Shown here one piece after another: positions 1 to 9,131 of a stretch of 59,105 nucleotides of DNA. A program made the translations under genes and the position numbers. Every line of letters begins with the position of its first letter. The first letter of the stretch is position 1. Under the pieces are notes generated by a model. The model ran no database searches, was not told the origin of the DNA, and saw nothing but the letters and a program-made list of their open reading frames with translations. The stretch is from a virus (lineage: Duplodnaviria; Caudoviricetes), in the IMG/VR virus record IMGVR_UViG_3300030330_000851, positions 1 through 59,105 of that record, one strand, 5' to 3'.

Positions 1-77
1 ATTGACCTAATAGACCCGGTGGAGAATCTCGCAGTGCGAATGATGAAGGAGGCAGCGGATAAGACTGCGAACTTAGC
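1..77. repeat. Terminal overlap, copy 1 (identical to 59029-59105); assembly circularity
   Basis: Exact 77-nt identity with the window end, inside groEL. Confidence 0.97.
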
Positions 78-1416
78 AGGAGATGGAACGACAACAGCGA
101 TAGTATTAACGGAGGCGATAGTCGAGGCGGGTTATGAGATGATAGGAGAAGAGCATAATAGGACAGAGGTGTTAAGGGCATTGAACTTTGCAAAGGACAT
201 TGTGGTAGAGGCATTGGATGGAGACGCACAGAAATTAACTGCGAAACAGTTAAAGAATGTAGCTACCTTGTCAGCGAACAATGATGAGAATATAGGAGAG
301 CTTATAGCAGAGACATACGAAAAGGTTGGTGAAGATGGGATTGTTACAGTGGAGAGGTCACAGAGTTCGGAGACCTACTACGAGAGTACGAATGGTATAA
401 AGGTAGATAGGGGTTATAGCTCTGAGATGTTTGTTAATAATCAGAAGAAGGACGAGTGTATATTTGAGGATGTGCATGTGTTGGTATGTGATGTTGAGAT
501 AAGTAATGCTCTTCAGATTGAGAAGATACTAATGCCGTTCTTAGACCCTAACTCAAGTAAGCGTTTACTAATAATTGCTCCTTGCACACAGAAGGTGTTA
601 AACACATTTGCTGCTAACGTGATGAGGAATACCTTACAGGTGTGTGTTATCCAACCACCGAACTTTGGGTACAAGCAACATGAGTTGATGAGTGACATTG
701 CAATAGCAGTAGGTGCGACATACTACAGTGAGAAGACAGGTGATGACTTGAGCTTAATGAGTTTCAATGACTTGGGTCATGCAGCTAAAGTAATAGTGGG
801 TAGACAGTCATCAGTTATTATTAAAGATGACATTGAGACAAGTGAGGTGATAGGTAAACGAGTGAGCGAGCTATGGGATGCTGAGAAGTTAGCCAAGACA
901 AAGGTAGATAAAGAGTTTATAAAATCGCGAATTGCCACCCTGACGGGCGGCATAGGTGTTATCTATGTTGGAGGAGATACTGACATACAGCAGAAGGAGT
1001 TGTTGGATAGAGTAGACGACGCAGTATGTGCTGTACGTTCTGCACGTGAGGAGGGGATACTTCCCGGAGCAGGTGTTGCGTTAATGAAATATGCAAACAC
1101 TTTTGATACGATGGGACATGGAGACAAGAACATTGACATATCAAACATGATAATGCAGAAGATACTTACCGCACCTGCAAGACAGATACTTGCGAATGCG
1201 GGGAAAGACTTTGACAAGATATACAAAGAGACACCACCACACAACCATGGGTATGATGTGAAGGGAGAGAAGAAGGGTGACCTGATAAAGATGGGGATAG
1301 TTGACCCGGCTAAGGTAACCAAGAACGCACTCATCAATGCGATGTCAGTAGCGACAACGATACTAAGTACAAATGCAATAGTAACAATGGCGAGAAGTTA
1401 TGAGACCGATAAATAA
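1..1416 (+). CDS. groEL: Phage chaperonin GroEL, 3' part (gene starts at 58831 and wraps the circular join; about 537 aa in total)
   Basis: Motifs AGDGTTTA, GEDGIVTVE, DRGYSS, GGIGVIYVGG, GILPGAG and GIVDPAKV. In frame with the N-terminus at 58831-59028. No GGM tail. Confidence 0.96.
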   Translation: MDLIDPVENLAVRMMKEAADKTANLAGDGTTTAIVLTEAIVEAGYEMIGEEHNRTEVLRALNFAKDIVVEALDGDAQKLTAKQLKNVATLSANNDENIGELIAETYEKVGEDGIVTVERSQSSETYYESTNGIKVDRGYSSEMFVNNQKKDECIFEDVHVLVCDVEISNALQIEKILMPFLDPNSSKRLLIIAPCTQKVLNTFAANVMRNTLQVCVIQPPNFGYKQHELMSDIAIAVGATYYSEKTGDDLSLMSFNDLGHAAKVIVGRQSSVIIKDDIETSEVIGKRVSELWDAEKLAKTKVDKEFIKSRIATLTGGIGVIYVGGDTDIQQKELLDRVDDAVCAVRSAREEGILPGAGVALMKYANTFDTMGHGDKNIDISNMIMQKILTAPARQILANAGKDFDKIYKETPPHNHGYDVKGEKKGDLIKMGIVDPAKVTKNALINAMSVATTILSTNAIVTMARSYETDK

Positions 1417-1657
1417 ATATATTCTAGTTGATAAGATTGAGGAAGAGGTAAAGACCTCATCGGGTTTGTTATTGTCTGCAGAAGATGTTGAGGGATTCAG
1501 GTATAGGAAAGCGCAGGTTATAAAACCGGGTACTGAGGTAAAGGATATACATGAGGGTGATGTGATATACTATGACAAGCGAGCAGGGTATACCATGTTA
1601 GTTGAGGACAAGCCTGTTACGGTTATTCTTGAGAGGGACGTTGTTGTTGTCTTGTAA
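1400..1657 (+). CDS. groES: Co-chaperonin GroES
   Basis: MRPINKYILV..KTSSGLLL..GDVIYYDK..ILERDVVVVL; overlaps the groEL stop. Confidence 0.9.
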   Translation: MRPINKYILVDKIEEEVKTSSGLLLSAEDVEGFRYRKAQVIKPGTEVKDIHEGDVIYYDKRAGYTMLVEDKPVTVILERDVVVVL

Positions 1658-2063
1658 TCTTATTCATCTTCTTAATCATGTTGCGATATATCTTGTCGGT
1701 ATACTTAACATTCTTTTGAAAGATAGGATTGACATAAGGTTCTTCGGATAGTTCTTCCCCACTAAGTTGCTTATACATATTAGTCATCATCCGTTGTGAC
1801 CTACGTGATAGTTTATAAATAGCTTTATGTGTGTGATTCTTTTTTTTAACAAACACTTCAATCCATCCATCACGAAGTAGTTCATCAAACCTTCTATCTC
1901 TCCATGGGAGTAGTTCGTCAAATTCTTTAAACTTTTGTTTAGTAAAATATTTCTCAGAGCGTAAGAAGAGTAGCATCTCAAGTTCAGCAGTCTTGAGTCC
2001 ATATTTCTGTAGAGTATAGTATCTTATTACTCGCCAATACTTGAGGTAGTCATCTTGAGGCAT
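1623..2063 (-). CDS. Putative winged-helix (MarR-like) DNA-binding protein, 146 aa from MPQDDY
   Basis: GLKTAELEMLLFL..RFDELLRDGWIE..AIYKLSRRSQ fits a wHTH pattern; has its own TATCTTTG box at 2092-2099 on the minus strand. Confidence 0.6.
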   Translation of the reverse strand: MPQDDYLKYWRVIRYYTLQKYGLKTAELEMLLFLRSEKYFTKQKFKEFDELLPWRDRRFDELLRDGWIEVFVKKKNHTHKAIYKLSRRSQRMMTNMYKQLSGEELSEEPYVNPIFQKNVKYTDKIYRNMIKKMNKITRQQQRPSQE

Positions 2064-2078
2064 TAAAATAAATTTGAT

Positions 2079-2099
2079 TAAATTTGTAAAACAAAGATA
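2079..2099. promoter_or_regulatory. Closely spaced opposite-strand Bacteroidota-type -7 boxes: TAAATTTG (+, 2079-2086) and TATCTTTG (-, 2092-2099)
   Basis: Both match the TAnnTTTG consensus and lie between the divergent starts at 2063 and 2107. Confidence 0.55.
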
Positions 2100-2106
2100 C
2101 ACAATC

Positions 2107-2304
2107 ATGGCAATAAAAAGAAATTTATCTACCCCTTTAGCACCTTCAATCTTTGATAAAGAAAAGAGAAAAGCGAGAAAGGCAAAAAGAAAAGCTAGAA
2201 GAGAACATCGTAAGTTTCTAAGAGAACAGCATGAAGCTCCTGTGAGACGTAGAGATTTAGACAAGAAGGGGAAAGCTATTTATGATAAAATCAAGAAAGG
2301 ATAA
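2107..2304 (+). CDS. Small Lys/Arg-rich hypothetical protein
   Basis: ATG at 2107; KEKRKARKAKRKARRE. Confidence 0.65.
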   Translation: MAIKRNLSTPLAPSIFDKEKRKARKAKRKARREHRKFLREQHEAPVRRRDLDKKGKAIYDKIKKG

Positions 2305-2307
2305 GTC

Positions 2308-2601
2308 ATGGCTATAAGAAACAAAGAGGAACGAGCTAAGAAAAAGAAGGCTTATGAAAAATATCTCAAAGACCTTGCCCTTAGAACTAAGATGGCAAAG
2401 GAGAAAAGAGATAAGCTAAAGACTTCAAAGCGCAAGTCGCAAGAAGAGAAAAAGAAAGCTAAGAAAAAAAGAATGTTAGAGTTCCAACAGTTAGCTAAAG
2501 AAAAACAAATCGCTTCCAAGAAACGACGTGCTTCTAGTTCCTCTGCTCGTAATGCAGGCACCAATATTAAAAAGCTTCAATGGCTGAACACAGGAATTTA
2601 A
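2308..2601 (+). CDS. Small Lys/Arg-rich hypothetical protein
   Basis: ORF tightly packed with its neighbours; extremely basic. Confidence 0.65.
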   Translation: MAIRNKEERAKKKKAYEKYLKDLALRTKMAKEKRDKLKTSKRKSQEEKKKAKKKRMLEFQQLAKEKQIASKKRRASSSSARNAGTNIKKLQWLNTGI

Positions 2602-2650
2602 TAAGATTAAAATTTTATCATTATCTTTGTTGAAACAAAAACAAATTATT

Positions 2651-2809
2651 ATGCCAACAGTCACATACAAATGTCCTGATACAGGAAAGAAAAAAACTAA
2701 AAAGTTTGCTTACAATGCAGTAGGTAAAGCACAAGCGTCAGAGTTTGCTAAAAACATGGGAGGCAAAATAAAAAACAACCCCGGCTACGGCATGGAAATT
2801 AAATACTAG
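2651..2809 (+). CDS. Small basic hypothetical protein (MPTVTYKCP...)
   Basis: ATG at 2651 downstream of TATCTTTG at 2622-2629. Confidence 0.65.
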   Translation: MPTVTYKCPDTGKKKTKKFAYNAVGKAQASEFAKNMGGKIKNNPGYGMEIKY

Positions 2810-2813
2810 TATT

Positions 2814-3038
2814 ATGAAAAAACAAGGTTACAATGCAAGACTTGATGAGTCAATAGGTGGAAGACACAAAGGTGCTCACAAGCAATCAATGAAAGACAGA
2901 AGAGACGAAAGTAAAGCTATGTCTAAAAAAATGTACGGTCACTCTTATGGAGCAGACAAAGGAATGTCTTATCGTCATTCTCATCCTGAGTGTGTTAACT
3001 ATGTAAAGAAACATTTATCAGGTTTAATCAAGAAGTAA
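2814..3038 (+). CDS. Small basic hypothetical protein
   Basis: ORF track; coupled to the next gene (TAATG). Confidence 0.65.
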   Translation: MKKQGYNARLDESIGGRHKGAHKQSMKDRRDESKAMSKKMYGHSYGADKGMSYRHSHPECVNYVKKHLSGLIKK

Positions 3039-3238
3039 TGGCTAAGAAAGGTAGAACTAAATTTCCTGCAATTAAAGAAGCTAACGAAGGTAAGTTCACC
3101 AAGTGGGCAGAAAAAAATATGCCCGGCAAATCTGTATGCAGTGCTGCATCTTCTGTTTTAAAAAACAAAGACAAGTATAAAGGCTCTGTTGTTAAGATGG
3201 CAAACTTTGCTAACAACTTTGGATGTAAAAGAAAATAA
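3038..3238 (+). CDS. Small basic hypothetical protein (MAKKGRTK...)
   Basis: ORF track; EGKFTKWA and ANFANN motifs. Confidence 0.7.
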   Translation: MAKKGRTKFPAIKEANEGKFTKWAEKNMPGKSVCSAASSVLKNKDKYKGSVVKMANFANNFGCKRK

Positions 3239-3240
3239 CC

Positions 3241-3408
3241 ATGCACAAGAACAAGTCAAGAGGTTTCGGAGATTCAGTAGAGAAGTTTACTACTAAGACG
3301 GGTATAAAGAAAGTTGTCGAGAAAGTAACTAAGGCTGCCGGTATTGAAGACTGTGGTTGTGGTAAAAGGCGTGATACCTTAAATAGAATAATACCTTATA
3401 AGAAATAA
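3241..3408 (+). CDS. Small basic protein, 55 aa, not in the ORF track (MHKNKSRGFGDSVEKFT..DCGCGKRRDTLN)
   Basis: Hand translation; fills the gap exactly; GDxxxK and CGCxxR motifs are typical of small phage proteins. Confidence 0.75.
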   Translation: MHKNKSRGFGDSVEKFTTKTGIKKVVEKVTKAAGIEDCGCGKRRDTLNRIIPYKK

Positions 3409-3411
3409 ACA

Positions 3412-3888
3412 ATGGCATACCAAAAATTACAAGCCGGAAGGGCTTTAGCAGTAATACCAAGTGATGAAGTGGATATACCTAATCCTGCTTCATTTATGGT
3501 TCGTTCTACAACAACCTCAGCAGCAGCTAATAAGTTAATAGATACCAATGTAGACTTCATTGCATTAGGTGTTAAAACAGGTGATATTATATATGATGTA
3601 TCTACTAGTGTTGCATCAAGAGTAGTAAAGATAGACAGTGCTACTCAGTTAGATGTAACAACAGCAATACCCAATGCATCAAATTATGATTTATACTCTC
3701 AGTCTAGTATGCCAAGTACCGGGTGTGTATTATACATTGGAGTAGGTGGAGATGTAAATTTAGAAACTGCAGGTGGAGATAAAACCATCATCTTTAAAGG
3801 ATTAGTAACAGGGCAGTTTGTTCCTGTGCAAACACTTAGAGTTAATGCTAGTAGTACAACTGCAACGGATATAGTTGCCTTATGGTAG
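3412..3888 (+). CDS. Putative virion structural/decoration protein
   Basis: Beta-rich; LYIGVGGDV..GQFVPV..RV.ASSTTATDIVALW C-terminal pattern. Confidence 0.65.
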   Translation: MAYQKLQAGRALAVIPSDEVDIPNPASFMVRSTTTSAAANKLIDTNVDFIALGVKTGDIIYDVSTSVASRVVKIDSATQLDVTTAIPNASNYDLYSQSSMPSTGCVLYIGVGGDVNLETAGGDKTIIFKGLVTGQFVPVQTLRVNASSTTATDIVALW

Positions 3889-4664
3889 GACATGGACTAG
3901 CTAACATGATAGGGAACGCTATCACAGGTGGCTGTCCAAATGTAGGTGGTGGAGGCACACCCTTCACAAACTTATACAGTGCTGAGTTTGATGGAGTCGA
4001 TGATTATATAGAAACCAATGCTATATATAGTGCGTTAGATGGTGGAACAAAAGCAAGTTTTTCAGTTTGGGTAAAACCTATAAGTGGTGCGCCAAATCTT
4101 GAATATTTATTTCATAATCCAAGAAACGCTACATCAAATCACGGGCAATTTGGCTTAGTACTTTTTGAGGGAAACAGCGTACAATTATATGTACAATCTT
4201 TTAATGTTCAACGAGTACTAGGAGATATAACTCAAATAACTTATGGAAGTTGGAATCATATACTTGTTACTGTTGATTTAGCTTTAAGTGCAGGAAATGA
4301 AGGTAAGGTATATATTAATGGAGTAGATAGAACTACCTTAAGTGCAATGGGAACACTAACTAACTTTTACACAGCAACAGACAAATTTTATATAGGAGAA
4401 GAAGCTACAGGAGGTTATAATCCATACAACGGTAAAATGGATGAACTTGCTATATGGGCAGGAACTGCATTAACTTCTTCAGATGCAACTGCTTTATACA
4501 ACGGAGGCACTCCTACTGACCTATCAACTTTCTCTACTCCCCCATCAAATTGGTGGAGAATGGGAGATAATAATGGAGGGGCAGGCACAGCCCTTAGTGA
4601 TGCTATTGGTTCAGCAAGTGCCACATTGTTAAACGGGACAACATATACAACAGATGTTCCTTAA
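3882..4664 (+). CDS. Concanavalin-A/LamG-like lectin domain protein
   Basis: FDGVDDYI, SFSVWVK, WNHILVT, KVYINGV, GKMDELAIW, WWRMGD. Confidence 0.85.
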   Translation: MVGHGLANMIGNAITGGCPNVGGGGTPFTNLYSAEFDGVDDYIETNAIYSALDGGTKASFSVWVKPISGAPNLEYLFHNPRNATSNHGQFGLVLFEGNSVQLYVQSFNVQRVLGDITQITYGSWNHILVTVDLALSAGNEGKVYINGVDRTTLSAMGTLTNFYTATDKFYIGEEATGGYNPYNGKMDELAIWAGTALTSSDATALYNGGTPTDLSTFSTPPSNWWRMGDNNGGAGTALSDAIGSASATLLNGTTYTTDVP

Positions 4665-4673
4665 AAAAATATT

Positions 4674-4943
4674 ATGCAAGTAAAAGGAATATTTCAAACA
4701 TACGCAACAATAAGTTTAAATGACTTATCAAAGATTGATTTCTCACAGATAGGAGAAACATCAGAGGACACAATAAGAAAAAATATATTAACTCCACCCA
4801 CACAGTTTGTTATTAAGTGGGATGTTGAGCCTACCTTTATTGCGGATGGCACAGTTATACCTGATGGCTTGTACACTCATGAGGAATGTTTAGAACTAAT
4901 GGCTACAAGCACATGGTCATTACCTGACCCAATAGAAGAATGA
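4674..4943 (+). CDS. Hypothetical protein
   Basis: IDFSQIGETSEDTIR, YTHEECLELM. Confidence 0.7.
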   Translation: MQVKGIFQTYATISLNDLSKIDFSQIGETSEDTIRKNILTPPTQFVIKWDVEPTFIADGTVIPDGLYTHEECLELMATSTWSLPDPIEE

Positions 4944-5008
4944 TATCAGCACGTTCCTTAAAATTTTGTATATTTGTGATAATCAATTAATAGACAATTT
5001 TTTATGTC

Positions 5009-5275
5009 ATGAATCTATCAGAAAAAACTAAAATAACTTTTACTCCTGCGAATCTTATTTCACTTATAACAACAGTAGCAGCAGTAACAGGAATATGGTT
5101 TCACCTTAATGGACAAATTGAAGAGGCAAAAGAACTTCCTAAAAGTAAAAATGATAAAGTTGTAAGAGAAGCTGTTCTAAAAATGAATGCGGATATGCAA
5201 TACATTAAAGATGAGATAACTGAAATAAAATCTCGACTTGACAAAATGGAAGAAAGACTTTACCAACTAAAATAA
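5009..5275 (+). CDS. Membrane-anchored coiled-coil protein (lysis-associated?)
   Basis: One TM segment plus a C-terminal heptad repeat; upstream TATATTTG box at 4969-4976; adjacent to the lysin candidate. Confidence 0.6.
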   Translation: MNLSEKTKITFTPANLISLITTVAAVTGIWFHLNGQIEEAKELPKSKNDKVVREAVLKMNADMQYIKDEITEIKSRLDKMEERLYQLK

Positions 5276-5278
5276 AAT

Positions 5279-5887
5279 ATGAATCTAATAGACGAAATTG
5301 CTTTAACAAAAATACAACAAGTATTTGCGGAAAAGAAATATGCATTCTTTACCAAAGGAAACTATAACTTAAATATAATAGGAGTACGAAGTCCTATTAA
5401 AGTAGCTAACAGCTTTGACGATACTATGCTTGTTATATACAAGAAGTATGACAAGTGGGTTATAAAAGAATATCCTATAACTACAGATGCAGGATTGTAT
5501 TGGCTAGAACATCCAATGAATAAAAAAGGAACAGCACTACTTGTTCCTAATCAGTATCGAAGCACATATAAAATTGATGGGCATGGTAGCACAAGATACG
5601 AAGCCTTGTGTCAGAGGCTTGGTGAGGTGGAGGTTTATCGAGATGATAACAAAGACCAAATCCTTGACTTTGATGATGTAACAAAAGAATGGGGGATGTT
5701 TGGTATAAACATTCATCGCTCTCATCCATATCATGACAGAGATACAGTAGACAAATACAGTGCAGGTTGTCAGGTGTTTCAAAACATACACGATTTCAAG
5801 GAGTTCATGACTCTTTGTAATACCTCATCAAATCTTTACGGTAATAGCTTTACCTATACCCTTCTCTTAGAAAGTGATTTACTATAA
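5279..5887 (+). CDS. Putative endolysin, YkuD/L,D-transpeptidase-like (HxxxSxGC) family
   Basis: LNIIGVR, FDD, GINIHRS..YSAGCQV, FTYTLL. Confidence 0.65.
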   Translation: MNLIDEIALTKIQQVFAEKKYAFFTKGNYNLNIIGVRSPIKVANSFDDTMLVIYKKYDKWVIKEYPITTDAGLYWLEHPMNKKGTALLVPNQYRSTYKIDGHGSTRYEALCQRLGEVEVYRDDNKDQILDFDDVTKEWGMFGINIHRSHPYHDRDTVDKYSAGCQVFQNIHDFKEFMTLCNTSSNLYGNSFTYTLLLESDLL

Positions 5888-5922
5888 TTTTATTTAGTTA
5901 TCTTTGTATAAAATCTAATACA

Positions 5923-6147
5923 ATGAAATTAACTAAAGAAGAACTAGGACGAGTTCAAGAATTAAACAATTCGTTCACTCAAGCAAAGTTGGCTCTAGGA
6001 GAGTTAGAACTAAAGCGCCATGGAATGTTACAGGAAATGGATAAACTTAGACAGACCTTTGCTGTTGAGGAAAAGAAATTAATTAGTAAATACGGAGCTG
6101 ATTCTGTTATTAACTTACAAACAGGAGAGGTGACAGAAAAGAAATAA
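5923..6147 (+). CDS. Small coiled-coil protein (tail-fibre chaperone-like)
   Basis: Coiled coil ending KYG..INLQTGE; TATCTTTG at 5899-5906. Confidence 0.6.
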   Translation: MKLTKEELGRVQELNNSFTQAKLALGELELKRHGMLQEMDKLRQTFAVEEKKLISKYGADSVINLQTGEVTEKK

Positions 6148-6148
6148 T

Positions 6149-7156
6149 ATGTCAAAGATAAGTAACACTACTGCCTATCCTACCACTGCACCTGCAGATG
6201 GAGACTTACTCATAGGTACAGATATTAATGATAGCAACGCAACCAAAACATTTACCATTAGTTCAATAGTTGCATTAGCACCTGCTGATACACTATCAGA
6301 AGTATTAACTGCAGGTAATACTGCGACAAACGATATAAACCTTACAGGTAATATAACTTTAACAAACGGAGGAACTCCCGGAGTTGGAAGCATTGTTATG
6401 TCAGGAAATATAATTGCTAACACAGGTACAGTTAGTGCTACAGGATTTCAAGCAAGTTCTTATTTTCAAGGTGCATTATTAAATGTAACTGACATTCAAG
6501 ATGGAGCAGGTAACACCGGAACTGCGGGACAATCTCTTGTAAAGAGTGCAGCTAATGCACTTGAGTGGGGAACACCTACTGTTCCTGCTAACACTTTAGC
6601 TGAGGTATTAGCAGCGGGGAACACTGCCACTAATAACATAAACCTTACCGGGCAGATTAATTTAACGGGAGCTATTATAGCGAGTGGTGACATTTCAGGA
6701 GCAGGCTTAACAGGAACGGTCACAGTTACTACACCTACCTTAGTAGCTACCGACATTCAAGATAATGCAACTCTAAATGGAACAGCAGGACAATATCTTC
6801 GTAAGTCCGGAGCAAACGCCTTAGCGTGGGAAACTGTAGCTGACCCAACATTATCATCCGTTCTTACTACAGGAAATACAGCGACCAATAACATTACTCT
6901 TACCGGAGATATATCATGTACCAATATTACCATTAGCACACAATCACAGGCTCAGAGATATATAGCCACTGATTATGTAGAGGCAGATTACCTTAAAGGA
7001 AGTGGAGCTAATGCTTTAAGACTTCCCAACCTTAATTCATTTGCCGACAATGCAGCAGCAGTAGCAGGAGGTTTATCAGCAGGAGATGTTTATCAGACTG
7101 ATGGAACAGCAGCAGCGCCATTAAACGTAGCGGGTATACTAATGGTGAGACAGTAA
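6149..7156 (+). CDS. Putative tail fibre/fibrous structural protein with three internal repeats
   Basis: TLxxVLxxGNTATNxIxLTG three times; DIQD..GTAGQ.L.KS.ANAL.W twice. Confidence 0.7.
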   Translation: MSKISNTTAYPTTAPADGDLLIGTDINDSNATKTFTISSIVALAPADTLSEVLTAGNTATNDINLTGNITLTNGGTPGVGSIVMSGNIIANTGTVSATGFQASSYFQGALLNVTDIQDGAGNTGTAGQSLVKSAANALEWGTPTVPANTLAEVLAAGNTATNNINLTGQINLTGAIIASGDISGAGLTGTVTVTTPTLVATDIQDNATLNGTAGQYLRKSGANALAWETVADPTLSSVLTTGNTATNNITLTGDISCTNITISTQSQAQRYIATDYVEADYLKGSGANALRLPNLNSFADNAAAVAGGLSAGDVYQTDGTAAAPLNVAGILMVRQ

Positions 7157-7380
7157 TGGATATTAGAAAAATTTCCATTGGACCTGACTACAAATCCGGA
7201 GCGATGCACTACTTGGTAGGTCAAGAGGTTTTAAACGGAAATTACAAAATACATCTTATCCAATTTGATGAGATAAAAAAATCATTTAAGATTTGGATTA
7301 TAAAATCCAATGAAGTAGTTTTATGGAAAGAGTTTACTTCTCCTATTCCTATTTCAATAGAGTATAACATAAACTTTTAA
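7156..7380 (+). CDS. Hypothetical protein
   Basis: IRKISIGPDYK.AMHY.VGQ..WKEF; coupled start. Confidence 0.75.
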   Translation: MDIRKISIGPDYKSGAMHYLVGQEVLNGNYKIHLIQFDEIKKSFKIWIIKSNEVVLWKEFTSPIPISIEYNINF

Positions 7381-7382
7381 TT

Positions 7383-7571
7383 ATGAAAAACAGATTAGTA
7401 TCAAACTACGTCACTACAATAGTAGGGCTTTTAATTATGGCTTTTTGCCTAGTAATGATTTATACAGGTAAAGCGGACAGCACTGACATGAGTGGATGGT
7501 TGGCAGTATCTTTATTGTTCTTACGTTCCAAGGATTCCTTAATTGCGTTACCTAAAGATGACAAAGGATAA
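7383..7571 (+). CDS. Putative holin (2 TM)
   Basis: Two hydrophobic segments and a charged C-terminus. Confidence 0.55.
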   Translation: MKNRLVSNYVTTIVGLLIMAFCLVMIYTGKADSTDMSGWLAVSLLFLRSKDSLIALPKDDKG

Positions 7572-8271
7572 GGATGATATATTAACAATGCGAAACATTA
7601 TAATAGCTTTACTAGCTTTATTACTTTGTATTAGTGGTTGTTCAGCATGGAGTAATTATAAGAAACTTAAACATTTTAAAAGTCAAGTTAAACAATTAAC
7701 TACTGAAGGACAGAAGTTCGAGATAATTAAAACCGAGAACGGCAAGTTAATAGCTCAACAAAAGCAATTAATACTTACCCAAGAACAGGCTATCGACCAA
7801 GGGTTGGCAGCCTTTCTTCGTTTAAAGAAACTACAAAGCCATGTAAAAGTAAAAACAGTAACAAGGCTTGATAGTATTTTTGTTCCATATGTAAAAGATA
7901 GTATTGTAATGAAGTACGATACAGTGTATATGGATACCACTACACATCTAAGTTCTATTACTGTTCCTAAAAAGTTTAGTCTTCTTGACAAGTATTATTC
8001 TATTGGAGGAAGAGTAGAAGAAGATGGAGTGGTAGTAGACAGCATGAAGTTGTTTAATACAATGAATGTAAATATTGGACTACAGTCGCAGGGACTTTTT
8101 AAAAAACCAAAGCCTGTAGTAATGGTAGACTATGACAATCCCTATGTAAGCACATTAGGATTATCGAATGTAGTTGTAAAAGACCATAAGAAATTTTATG
8201 ACCGAAAATTATTTTGGTTTGGAGTAGGACTAATTAGTGGTGCTACTACTACAGTGTTATTAATTAAATAA
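7543..8271 (+). CDS. Membrane protein, spanin-like (N-terminal TM/signal, coiled coil, C-terminal TM); true start may be downstream
   Basis: MRNIIIALLALLLCISGC hydrophobic segment and WFGVGLISGATTTVLLIK tail. Confidence 0.5.
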   Translation: MRYLKMTKDKDDILTMRNIIIALLALLLCISGCSAWSNYKKLKHFKSQVKQLTTEGQKFEIIKTENGKLIAQQKQLILTQEQAIDQGLAAFLRLKKLQSHVKVKTVTRLDSIFVPYVKDSIVMKYDTVYMDTTTHLSSITVPKKFSLLDKYYSIGGRVEEDGVVVDSMKLFNTMNVNIGLQSQGLFKKPKPVVMVDYDNPYVSTLGLSNVVVKDHKKFYDRKLFWFGVGLISGATTTVLLIK

Positions 8272-8277
8272 AATTAA

Positions 8278-8841
8278 ATGCAATCACCTGATAGATTCAT
8301 AGTTAAACCTGTGAATGGAAGAAGGTATAATAATACCAAAGATGTAGGAGGGTTAGAGTTTATAACTAGCACTTCTGAAGAAGATTTTACAGCATCCAAT
8401 AGAGAAGCTGAGGTAATATCTGTACCTTTAAACTATAAAGGAGATATAGAGCCGGGAGATATTTTACTTGTTCACCACAATGTCTTTAAGTTTTATAACG
8501 ACATGAAAGGTAGAAGACAGAGTGGTAGAAGTTTTTTTAAAGATGATTTGTTCTTTATTGAAGACGAACAGTTTTATATGTACAAAAAAAATGGGAAGTG
8601 GAACGCTCATGGTAGGAATTGTTTTATAAAACCTGTTCCTGTTAAAGATTCTTTTTTAAAGAAGACAGGAAGATACGAACCCTTGACAGGCACAGTTAAG
8701 TATATTAACAAAGAGCTTGAGGTGTTCGGAGTAAAAGAAGGAGATGAGGTTTCATTCCAACCTGAAAGTGAATATGAGTTTAGGGTGGATGATGAAATAT
8801 TATATAGAATGTTTACTAACAATATAACATTTATAATGTAA
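8278..8841 (+). CDS. Tandem two-domain GroES-like protein
   Basis: Two GroES-like units: DRFIVKP..GGLEF..AEVISV..IEPGDILLV and NCFIKP..TGTVKY..GVKEGDEVSF..EFRVDDEILYRM. Confidence 0.65.
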   Translation: MQSPDRFIVKPVNGRRYNNTKDVGGLEFITSTSEEDFTASNREAEVISVPLNYKGDIEPGDILLVHHNVFKFYNDMKGRRQSGRSFFKDDLFFIEDEQFYMYKKNGKWNAHGRNCFIKPVPVKDSFLKKTGRYEPLTGTVKYINKELEVFGVKEGDEVSFQPESEYEFRVDDEILYRMFTNNITFIM

Positions 8842-9131
8842 TGGATACGTTTGAGATATTAACACAGTATGGAGTATTAGGTATATGGGTTCTGTATGCC
8901 ATTACTCGTGAGCGTTGGTTACTCAGAAAGATTGAAGAGATATCTGAAAGGTCTACAAGAGAAAGAGAAACATGGCATGAGGAAAGAGAGTCATACATTA
9001 AAGAGATTGCAATGATACGTCTTGAAGAAAGAAATTCTTTTATAAGACAGATACAAAAAATATTAAACGAGAACAATGGAATCAAATCAACTAAAACTAA
9101 AAATAATAGAGGCAGGAAAAAAAGCAGTTAA
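8841..9131 (+). CDS. Putative holin (single N-terminal TM, BhlA/UviB-like layout)
   Basis: FEILTQYGVLGIWVLYAI followed by a charged coiled coil. Confidence 0.45.
   Translation: MDTFEILTQYGVLGIWVLYAITRERWLLRKIEEISERSTRERETWHEERESYIKEIAMIRLEERNSFIRQIQKILNENNGIKSTKTKNNRGRKKSS

Noticed and set aside
2064-2264. N-terminal extension of the 213-aa minus-strand ORF
   Set aside because: It is antisense to the 2107 gene; a promoter box and AT-rich leader support the start at 2063
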